Assembly: GCF_905372115.1 (NCBI RefSeq)
Contig: NZ_CAJPNR010000004.1
Location: 3,062 to 67,061 of the forward strand
DNA length: 64,000 nt
Origin: an uncultured Streptococcus sp.
GTDB taxonomy: Bacteria > Bacillota > Bacilli > Lactobacillales > Streptococcaceae
Reading direction: 5' to 3'
The notes below the pieces were generated by a model, which worked only from the letters and a program-made list of their open reading frames with translations, did not search any database and had not been told where the DNA came from. A program made the translations under genes and the position numbers. Below are positions 56,801-64,000 of this stretch, piece after piece; within the stretch, counting starts at the first letter, position 1; each line of letters begins with the position of its first letter.

Positions 56801-58033
56801 ATGAATGAAATTGAAGAATGGCTGAACAGCCGAATTGGTCTAAACTTTCGTTCGGGTCTGGGGCGGATGCAGCAGGCTGTAGCTCTTTTGGGAAATCCTG
56901 AGCGAAGCTATCCAACGATTCATGTAACTGGTACAAATGGCAAAGGTTCTACTATTGCTTTTATGCGTCAGCTGTTTGCGGGGCATGGTCGAAAGACAGG
57001 GAGTTTTACTTCGCCTCACATGATTAGTATTCATGATCGGATTTGTATCAACGGTCAACCGATTGCTCCAGCTGATTTTATCCGTCTGGGTCAGCAGGTG
57101 CAAAAGATGGAGCAAGAACTGCTCAAAAGTCATGACCAGCTGTCCTATTTTGAAATTCTGACCTTGATTGCCTTTCTCTATTTCAAGGAGCAGGAAGTGG
57201 ACATAGCCCTGATTGAGGTGGGAATCGGCGGACTCTTAGACACGACTAATGTCATTACGGGAGATATTGCGGTCATCAGTTCTGTGGGCTTGGACCATCA
57301 GGAGACTCTGGGAAGGAGCTTGACGGCGATAGCAGAGCAAAAGGCAGGGATTTTCAAGACGGGGCGACCAGCGGTCATCGGGCCGCTGCCAGAGGAAGCG
57401 CGATTGGTTTGTGAACAGCGAGCTCAGGAGCTGGGAATAGAACTCTATCAGTATGGTCGTGATTTTTCTCTGACGAATCAGACTTTTTCCAATTCGACTA
57501 GGACCCTATCCAATCTTGAACTGGGTCTCAAGGGAGGCTATCAGGAGGAAAATGCAGCGCTAGCTCTGCAGGCATTCTTGCTCTTCATGCAGCAGCAGGG
57601 CTGGGAAATAGATTCTGCTAAGATTCGGACAGCCTTGCAGGAGACTCGATGGGCAGGGCGTTTGGAAGAAGCAAGCCCAGGTATTTATCTAGATGGGGCT
57701 CATAATCTGCCTGCGCTGGGAAGGTTAGTAGAGTTTATCCAGAGCCAGAATGACAAAGAGTGCTTGCTTCTTTTCGGTGCCCTCAAGCGTAAGGACTATA
57801 GCGCTATGCTGGCTTATCTGCGAGAGGCTCTGCCAGATGTTCAGTTGACGGTTACTTCCTTTTCTGACGGAGATTCCCTTGGTCAAGCCGAAGCGGAAGG
57901 CTTCTTCTACATAGAGGATTATCGTCAGCTTATTCAGAATTTTCAGGAGAGGCAAAACGATAATCAGCTGCTTTTCATTACGGGCTCTCTCTATTTTATT
58001 GCAGAAGTCAGAGCTTATTTGACAAGTTTATAA
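56801..58033 (+). CDS. folC: Folylpolyglutamate synthase / dihydrofolate synthase
   Basis: Mur-ligase P-loop HVTGTNGKGST. ATG at 56801 (ORF-track TTG 56789 is less likely); the RBS is weak. Confidence 0.88.
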   Translation: MNEIEEWLNSRIGLNFRSGLGRMQQAVALLGNPERSYPTIHVTGTNGKGSTIAFMRQLFAGHGRKTGSFTSPHMISIHDRICINGQPIAPADFIRLGQQVQKMEQELLKSHDQLSYFEILTLIAFLYFKEQEVDIALIEVGIGGLLDTTNVITGDIAVISSVGLDHQETLGRSLTAIAEQKAGIFKTGRPAVIGPLPEEARLVCEQRAQELGIELYQYGRDFSLTNQTFSNSTRTLSNLELGLKGGYQEENAALALQAFLLFMQQQGWEIDSAKIRTALQETRWAGRLEEASPGIYLDGAHNLPALGRLVEFIQSQNDKECLLLFGALKRKDYSAMLAYLREALPDVQLTVTSFSDGDSLGQAEAEGFFYIEDYRQLIQNFQERQNDNQLLFITGSLYFIAEVRAYLTSL

Positions 58034-58090
58034 ATTGACCGCCGGAGTCCTGCTTTGGTACAATAAAGACAGAAGAAAAAGGAGAATACT

Positions 58091-58564
58091 ATGGCAATTT
58101 CTAAAAAGTTAATCTTTTCAGGTCTAACTGCTGCGGCTATTTTGGCCTTGGCAGCTTGCGGTTCTAATCAGAACCAGACGGCACCTTCCTCTCAGTCAGT
58201 CGCTTCCAGCAAGCCAGCAGAGTCTTCGCCAGTAGCTAGCACGTCTAGTGCGGCCAATAGCAGCTCATCAGCTTCTGCATCCTCTTCTGAGCAAGCAGCC
58301 AATGGTGAGCTGGATGGCAGCTATCAGACAAGTCATGAAGGCGATCAGCTGACCTTACAGATTTCAGGAACTACTGGTCAGCTGACCAAGATCGAGCCTG
58401 ATGGCGATCAGGAAATCGAACAGGTTCAGATTGATGCTACCAACCAGACTATGGTCATTGGGGATGATGTCAAGCGCTATCGCATTGAGGGCAATCAGCT
58501 GACTATCGAGGACCTTTCCCAAGAGCCTTATGATGATGATACACTGGTCTTTACGAAACAATGA
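58091..58564 (+). CDS. Lipoprotein with a Ser/Ala-rich linker
   Basis: Lipobox LAAC; 157 aa; AGGAGA RBS. Confidence 0.7.
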   Translation: MAISKKLIFSGLTAAAILALAACGSNQNQTAPSSQSVASSKPAESSPVASTSSAANSSSSASASSSEQAANGELDGSYQTSHEGDQLTLQISGTTGQLTKIEPDGDQEIEQVQIDATNQTMVIGDDVKRYRIEGNQLTIEDLSQEPYDDDTLVFTKQ

Positions 58565-58568
58565 TGAA

Positions 58569-58599
58569 AGAGCCCTGTCTTAATAGGGCTTTTCCTTTT
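58569..58599 (+). terminator. Terminator after the lipoprotein gene
   Basis: AGCCCT-gtcttaat-AGGGCT followed by TTTCCTTTT. Confidence 0.65.
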
Positions 58600-58757
58600 A
58601 TCGGTTCTAATCTTTCAGTGAAATTCTTAGGATAGTAGTATTCAAAAGCTGTACTTAGATTTTTATCAATCAGAAATACAGTTTGCATTGATATAAACGT
58701 TGTTTTAAGGCAGTTTTACTGCTATACTAGAATATATGCAATGAGATAGGAGAGTGT

Positions 58758-60293
58758 ATGACTTTCAGGAAATTCCGCTTATTAATGTCAAAATACGGTT
58801 TCAGCATCATTATTATGCTGCTGGAGCTAGCCTTTGTCTTTGTTGCGTTCTTCTATTTTAATGAGATTGCACCCAACTGGCTGTCAGTTGCGATGATTGT
58901 TTTCCTGTATATTGGGACCATTTTAGCCATTGTCAACCGCAATATGCCGCCGGAGAGTAAGGTGACCTGGCTTTTGATTGCCGTGGTGCCGGTATTTGGC
59001 TTCCTGCTCTATCTGATGTTTGGTGAGCGACGGCTGTCTAAAAAAGAAATGATCCAGCTGGAAAATATGGACTCCCTGAAATTTCGAGAGGACAATAGCT
59101 ATGAACTCCGTGTTCAGCTGAAAAAGGAAAACAAGTCAGCCTACGGTATTATCAAATCACTGCTGAGTATGGACAATAATGCGGATGTCTATGACGGTAC
59201 AGCTTCTCGCTATTTTCCCATCGGTGAGGAGATGTTTGAGGCTATGTTGGAGGATCTGCGGGCTGCTGAGAAATTCATTTTTCTGGAATTTTATATCATC
59301 GATGAAGGGCTGATGTGGGACAGTGTTCTGGAAATCTTGGTCGAAAAAGCTGCTCAGGGCGTTGAAGTCAAGCTGCTCTATGATGATATTGGCTGCATGG
59401 CTACTTTGCCAGGCGATTATACGCGTAAGCTGCGCAAGATGGGCATCGAGGCTTATAAGTTTAACAAGGTGATTCCGCGAATGACGGTATCCTACAACAA
59501 CCGTGACCACCGCAAGATTTTGGTCATTGACGGTCAGGTTGGCTATACTGGCGGCATCAATCTAGCTGACGAGTACATCAATCATATCGTTCGTTTTGGC
59601 CACTGGAAAGATGGCGGTCTGCGCTTGGAAGGTCGGGCAGTCAAGGCTCTGACGCGGCTCTTTCTCATGAACTGGTACATCAACCGCGGGGAAATCACAG
59701 ACTTTGACAAGTATCATCTGGAAAATAAAGCTGTCGAAGGCAGAGGGCTTTACATTCCCTATGGCAGCGGGCCTAAGCCTATTTATAAGGGTCAGGTTGG
59801 CAAAACAGTCTATCAAAATATTATCAGTCAGGCTACGGACTATGTCTACATTACCACGCCTTATCTGATTATTGACTATGACCTGACGGAGGATATTAAG
59901 AATGCTGCTATGCGGGGAGTGGATGTCCGCATTGTGACTCCTTTTATTCCAGACAAGAAGCTGATTCAGATTGTTACCCGTGGAGCCTACCCAGATCTAA
60001 TGGAAGCGGGGGTTAAGATCTTTGAGTACACGCCAGGTTTTATCCACAGTAAGAACGTGGTGGCTGATGATGAATTTGCTGTGGTAGGGACGATTAACTT
60101 TGACTACCGCAGTCTGGTGCACCATTATGAAAATGCAGTCCTGATGTACCATACGGAGAGTATCCCAGCTATCAAGGAAGATTTTGAAGCAATTTTTGAG
60201 GCTTCTGAGGAAATTCTTCCTGAAAATCTCGATAGCAGCTGGTATCGTCGCTTTATCAAAGAAATCATGCAGCTCTTTGCACCCATGCTCTAA
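58758..60293 (+). CDS. cls: Cardiolipin synthase
   Basis: Two N-terminal TM helices and two HKD motifs (HRKILVIDG, HSKNVVADD). Confidence 0.93.
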   Translation: MTFRKFRLLMSKYGFSIIIMLLELAFVFVAFFYFNEIAPNWLSVAMIVFLYIGTILAIVNRNMPPESKVTWLLIAVVPVFGFLLYLMFGERRLSKKEMIQLENMDSLKFREDNSYELRVQLKKENKSAYGIIKSLLSMDNNADVYDGTASRYFPIGEEMFEAMLEDLRAAEKFIFLEFYIIDEGLMWDSVLEILVEKAAQGVEVKLLYDDIGCMATLPGDYTRKLRKMGIEAYKFNKVIPRMTVSYNNRDHRKILVIDGQVGYTGGINLADEYINHIVRFGHWKDGGLRLEGRAVKALTRLFLMNWYINRGEITDFDKYHLENKAVEGRGLYIPYGSGPKPIYKGQVGKTVYQNIISQATDYVYITTPYLIIDYDLTEDIKNAAMRGVDVRIVTPFIPDKKLIQIVTRGAYPDLMEAGVKIFEYTPGFIHSKNVVADDEFAVVGTINFDYRSLVHHYENAVLMYHTESIPAIKEDFEAIFEASEEILPENLDSSWYRRFIKEIMQLFAPML

Positions 60294-60328
60294 TGCCAGA
60301 AGTGGGCAAGTTCTGCAGCAATATTCAG

Positions 60329-60358
60329 AAAATCTGAGGCGGAAGTCTCAGATTTTTT
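60329..60358 (+). terminator. cls terminator
   Basis: AAAATCTGAG-gcggaagt-CTCAGATTTT followed by TT. Confidence 0.85.
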
Positions 60359-60438
60359 GCTTGTGCTTTTTCTAATCGTGTTGAGATGTGTTCTTGTCAT
60401 TTTTGATTTTATAGGGGGCTGGATTTTTTCTCTGTTTT

Positions 60439-60446
60439 TACGAATG
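60439..60446 (+). promoter_or_regulatory. cin-box-like motif
   Basis: TACGAATG (consensus TACGAATA) preceded by GGATTTTTTCTCTGTTTT; 24 nt upstream of the ATG at 60471. Confidence 0.3.
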
Positions 60447-60470
60447 TAAAAAATAAAGGAATTTTTTAAG

Positions 60471-60614
60471 ATGATAATGGAGAAAATTTCCAGTCAGCCG
60501 CTTGCTTATGAAACGAGAGAATACCGCTGTTTTCGGGAATTGGAGGAGCTAGCTAGAAGCTATAATGCTCAGAAGAAGGGTCAAGAGAAAGCTGACAGGA
60601 GGACAGGAATTTGA
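60471..60614 (+). CDS. Unannotated 47-aa hydrophilic small ORF
   Basis: MIMEKISSQPLAYETREYRCFRELEELARSYNAQKKGQEKADRRTGI; AAAGGA lies 10 nt upstream; below the ORF-track cut-off. Confidence 0.25.
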   Translation: MIMEKISSQPLAYETREYRCFRELEELARSYNAQKKGQEKADRRTGI

Positions 60615-60620
60615 TATACT
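60612..60620 (+). promoter_or_regulatory. Extended -10 upstream of the polytopic membrane protein gene
   Basis: TGaTATACT, 33 nt before the ATG at 60653. Confidence 0.45.
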
Positions 60621-60652
60621 AGATGGGACTGATATCAAGGAGAATATTTTAT

Positions 60653-62200
60653 ATGCATGATACAACGGAAGAAAAAGTTTTAGAGGTTTCAGAGGAGCAG
60701 CTGACTAGGGCTGAAAGGTCTGAGCAAAAAATTACCAAGCCAGAGCCGACGCCCTATTTTTTGACGCTCTGGTGCAGTTTGGCTATCAGCCTGCTGAGTG
60801 TGGTCAATCCTTTTTTGACCAATCTAGCAACGAATTTACAAAGTCAGAATCTCTATGCCGGCTGGGCCATGACTCAAGGGCAGGTGCCTTATTCGCAAAT
60901 ATATGGAACTAGTGGCCTGCTTTACTATCTGATGGCTTGGACCAGCAGTCTAGCTTTTGGCCAGCTTTTGTGGATGGTCTTTCAGACGCTGGCTCTGTGG
61001 CTGGCTGGACTTTTCCTGCACAAGACCTTGGTGCTCTTACAGCCTAAACAGGATCTATCACGCAGTCTCCTGCTGCTCTTTTACCTGCTAGTCTTTGCCC
61101 TTGGATTTGGCGGTCTTTACTCTAGTATTTTTGTTCTGCCCTTTATTTTTTGGAGTCTATCTTTCTTGGTGCGCTATCTGCAGGATTCAATCAAGGATGA
61201 AAAGTTCATTCTTTATGGGGCTTTCGGAGCTCTTGCTTTTATGATTGATCCGGTTTCCAGCCTAGTCTTCTACTCTTTGACTGCTCTGGTACTTTTGGTC
61301 TACAATATCGCAGCCAAGCGTGCGGCTCGAGGCTTCTATCAGCTTTTAGCTGGTCTCTTTGGCTTCTCAGTGATTTTTTATCCTATCGGCTACTTTACTG
61401 TTGCCAATCAAACCTTTGGTCAGGCTATCAGTCAGGTGACCTATGCTTGGGACTCCATCAGCTTGATTGGCAGTCATAGTATTTCTAATTTGGTTTATTA
61501 TGGCTTGCTGACGGTCGGTCTAGGTTTCATTTCTGCTTTGGGTGTCAATCTCTTTTCAAGAGAAAAGGGGCAAGCAACCAGCCTGCGTGTCTTGCGCTTT
61601 ATCGGTTTGCTAGGGCTCTTCATTACTGTCTTTGCAGCTTTTATCCTGCCAGATCAAGGCAGTTATCAACTGCTTCCGGCTCTGCCTTTTGCCATGATTC
61701 TTTTTGCTTTGTGGTTCAATAAAGGCAAGCAGCAAGTACCAGGGCGTCACCGCCGGGATCGCCGTCGTCCTACGATGTGGACTTCCTATCTCTCAGGCCA
61801 GTTCTTTCTGCCACTCTTAGCCATCTTTTATCTGATTGGCTATCCTTTGGTGAATGAGTATATCCTTTCCAGCGGTGTATCTGCTGAAAGAAGTGAAGCG
61901 GCTCAGTATATTAAGGAAAAGACCAAGGATGGGGATACTATCTATGCTTGGGATACCTCGGCTAGTCTGTATCAAAAGAGCGGACGCCTATCAGCTGTTT
62001 CTCTCTTGACTCCAACTTTGTATGTGGGAACAGCTGAAAATCGTTTGGGTCTTCAGAATGGACTGGAAAACAGCCAGCCCAAGTATATCTTGGTTAACAA
62101 TGATATCAAACTGCTGTCGGATGTGAAGCAGCTAATTTCCCAAAATTATAAGGAAGCTGATCTCAAACTCGACCATTTCAAGCTTTATCAACTTAAGTAG
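60653..62200 (+). CDS. Large polytopic membrane protein (about 11-12 TM plus a C-terminal extracytoplasmic domain); possible GT-C-type glycosyltransferase
   Basis: ATG at 60653 after AAGGAGA. The architecture resembles ArnT/PMT-like enzymes, but no diagnostic motif was verified. Confidence 0.65.
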   Translation: MHDTTEEKVLEVSEEQLTRAERSEQKITKPEPTPYFLTLWCSLAISLLSVVNPFLTNLATNLQSQNLYAGWAMTQGQVPYSQIYGTSGLLYYLMAWTSSLAFGQLLWMVFQTLALWLAGLFLHKTLVLLQPKQDLSRSLLLLFYLLVFALGFGGLYSSIFVLPFIFWSLSFLVRYLQDSIKDEKFILYGAFGALAFMIDPVSSLVFYSLTALVLLVYNIAAKRAARGFYQLLAGLFGFSVIFYPIGYFTVANQTFGQAISQVTYAWDSISLIGSHSISNLVYYGLLTVGLGFISALGVNLFSREKGQATSLRVLRFIGLLGLFITVFAAFILPDQGSYQLLPALPFAMILFALWFNKGKQQVPGRHRRDRRRPTMWTSYLSGQFFLPLLAIFYLIGYPLVNEYILSSGVSAERSEAAQYIKEKTKDGDTIYAWDTSASLYQKSGRLSAVSLLTPTLYVGTAENRLGLQNGLENSQPKYILVNNDIKLLSDVKQLISQNYKEADLKLDHFKLYQLK

Positions 62201-62202
62201 TA

Positions 62203-62265
62203 AAAAATCAATATGTTGTGTATAAAAAGAAAAAATAACTTTTTTGCCACAACATATTGATTTTT
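62203..62265. repeat. 18-bp perfect inverted repeat (terminator hairpin; the arms resemble NrdR boxes)
   Basis: AAAAATCAATATGTTGTG-(27 nt)-CACAACATATTGATTTTT. Confidence 0.85.
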
Positions 62266-62284
62266 AATTTTAACGTGCTATAAT
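62257..62284 (+). promoter_or_regulatory. nrdD promoter
   Basis: -35 TTGATT (62257-62262), 16-nt spacer, extended -10 TGcTATAAT (62276-62284). Confidence 0.55.
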
Positions 62285-62418
62285 GAGTCTTGTATCGACT
62301 TATTTAAAAAATACTGTTCTTTGGATGAATTGCTGTCGGAGATTTCTTGGAAATTTCTTGGCAGGTGGGTGGTCTGAAGAGACTTGATTTGTCCTAAGGG
62401 CAGGAAAAGGAAGTGTTC

Positions 62419-64000
62419 ATGATGATTTTAAGGGAAGAGAAGTTTGAAACTGCTCCAGCGATTTATGTGGAGAAGCGGGATGGCCGCAGAGTGGCTTTTG
62501 ATGTGTCAAAGATCTATAAGGCTATGGTGCGGGCAGCTCAGGAAGTTGGTCCGCTGAATCCGATGCTGGAAGCCAAACTAGAAGCTATCACAGACCGTAT
62601 TGTGGCAGAAATCAGCAGTCGCTTCGCTAAGTATGTCAAAATCTATGAGATTCAGAACATCGTTGAGCATGAGCTTTTGAATGCCAAGGAATATGCCATT
62701 GCGGAGAACTACATCACTTACCGCACCCAACGGGATTTTGAGCGCTCAAAAGCGACTGATATCAACTTTACTATTGACAAGCTCCTCAACAAAGATCGTA
62801 CAGTAGTCAACGAGAATGCTAATAAAGACAGCGATGTTTTCAATACCCAACGGGATTTGACAGCTGGGATTGTCGGCAAATCCATTGGGCTTAAGATGCT
62901 GCCGCCTCATGTGGCCAACGCCCACCAGAAGGGGGACATCCACTACCATGATTTGGACTACAGCCCTTATACACCGATGACGAACTGCTGTCTGATTGAC
63001 TTTGACGGCATGCTGAAAAATGGCTTCAAGATTGGGAATGCAGAAGTAGAGAGTCCCAAGTCTATCCAGACTGCGACAGCTCAAATCTCGCAAATCATTG
63101 CCAATGTAGCTTCTAGTCAGTACGGAGGTTGCTCAGCGGACCGAATTGACGAAGTCTTGGCGCCCTATGCTGAGCTTAATTATCAAAAGCATCTCAAGGA
63201 TGCAGAGCAATGGGTTTTGCCGGATAAGCAGGAAGAGTACGCCTGGGCGAAGACCAAAAAGGACATCTACGATGCCATGCAGTCGCTGGAGTATGAGATC
63301 AATACCCTCTTTACCTCTAACGGTCAGACTCCTTTTACTTCGCTGGGCTTTGGTCTGGGCACCAATCGTTTTGAGCGGGAGATTCAGAAGGCTATTCTCA
63401 ATATCCGTATCAAGGGACTGGGAAGCGAGCACCGCACAGCAATTTTCCCTAAGCTGATTTTTACCCTTAAGCGCGGGCTCAATCTCGATCCGGGAACTCC
63501 TAACTACGACATCAAAGAACTGGCTCTGGAGTGTGCCACTAAGCGCATGTATCCAGATGTGCTTTCTTATGATAAGATTATCGACTTAACTGGATCGTTC
63601 AAGGTACCGATGGGCTGCCGTTCTTTCCTGCAGGGCTGGAAAGATGAAAATGGTCAGGAAGTAAACTCAGGCCGTATGAATCTAGGTGTCGTTACTGTAA
63701 ATCTGCCACGGATTGCGCTTGAATCCGAGGGGGATTTAGATAAATTCTGGGAACTCTTTAACGAGCGGATGAATATCGCTGAAGATGCTTTGGTCTACCG
63801 AGTGGAGCGGACCAAGGAAGCCAGTCCAGCCAATGCACCGATTCTCTATCAGTATGGGGCTTTTGGCCAACGTCTGGGCAAGTATGATCAGGTAGACCAG
63901 CTCTTTACTCACCGTCGTGCAACAGTTTCCCTAGGCTATATCGGTCTGTATGAAGTAGCAGCAGTCTTTTACGGCGGCGACTGGGAAACTAATCCTGAAG
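62419..64000 (+). CDS. nrdD: Anaerobic ribonucleoside-triphosphate reductase (class III), 3' end beyond the window
   Basis: Hand translation from ATG 62419 gives MMILREEKFETAPAIYVEKRDGRRVAFDVSKIYKAM (ATP-cone) ... HQKGDIHYHDLDYSPYTPMTNCCLIDF ... SQYGGC. The frame is open to the window end. It is absent from the ORF track because no stop is reached. Confidence 0.93.
   Translation, partial: MMILREEKFETAPAIYVEKRDGRRVAFDVSKIYKAMVRAAQEVGPLNPMLEAKLEAITDRIVAEISSRFAKYVKIYEIQNIVEHELLNAKEYAIAENYITYRTQRDFERSKATDINFTIDKLLNKDRTVVNENANKDSDVFNTQRDLTAGIVGKSIGLKMLPPHVANAHQKGDIHYHDLDYSPYTPMTNCCLIDFDGMLKNGFKIGNAEVESPKSIQTATAQISQIIANVASSQYGGCSADRIDEVLAPYAELNYQKHLKDAEQWVLPDKQEEYAWAKTKKDIYDAMQSLEYEINTLFTSNGQTPFTSLGFGLGTNRFEREIQKAILNIRIKGLGSEHRTAIFPKLIFTLKRGLNLDPGTPNYDIKELALECATKRMYPDVLSYDKIIDLTGSFKVPMGCRSFLQGWKDENGQEVNSGRMNLGVVTVNLPRIALESEGDLDKFWELFNERMNIAEDALVYRVERTKEASPANAPILYQYGAFGQRLGKYDQVDQLFTHRRATVSLGYIGLYEVAAVFYGGDWETNPE

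Overview
The window reads as one contiguous, mostly core chromosomal segment of an oral Streptococcus. Gene content and order resemble the sanguinis/gordonii group, but the species cannot be verified without a database search. I support about 60 protein-coding genes and see no rRNA, tRNA, CRISPR array, transposase or prophage genes.

Gene order:
- OatA-like acyltransferase (5'-truncated), adhE with Rex boxes, and a membrane protein.
- Sialic-acid (nan) cluster: CE7 esterase, nanE, MsmK-type ATPase, binding protein plus two permeases, YhcH-like protein, DUF624-like protein, nanA lyase, ROK kinase, a small ORF, an AT-rich secreted repeat protein and an RpiR regulator.
- Divergently transcribed Na+-type V-ATPase operon (G-like, I, K, E, C, F, a GNAT gene, A, B, D), followed by a duplicated ~100-bp non-coding element.
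- LysM/LAS-motif protein, thrC, pulA-malR, then malQ-glgP.
- Membrane protein, orphan nrdI, argS / argR.
- mutS, [LytTR + membrane protein, antisense], mutL, [XRE-TM + RDD, antisense], ruvA-tag plus a 43-aa ORF, [XRE-TM, antisense], cinA-recA, spx.
- Two paralogous lipoproteins, ireB-ruvX-DUF1292, folC, a lipoprotein, cls, a 47-aa ORF plus a large polytopic membrane protein, and nrdD (3'-truncated).

Most noteworthy:
1. A LytTR-regulator/membrane-protein module sits between mutS and mutL, with 21-bp-phased direct repeats in the promoter region it shares with mutL. It is one of three membrane-linked regulator modules interleaved antisense in the mutS-mutL-ruvA-tag-cinA-recA repair/competence block.
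2. A duplicated intergenic element after the V-ATPase operon carries a hairpin with a compensatory base-pair change, so it may encode small RNAs.
3. A GNAT acetyltransferase gene is embedded in the V-ATPase operon.
4. An 18-bp perfect inverted repeat between the polytopic membrane gene and nrdD doubles as two NrdR-box-like sites.
5. Two cin-box-like (ComX) motifs occur, one in front of an unannotated 47-aa ORF.

All functional calls rest on motif and family recognition by eye. No searches or computations were run.
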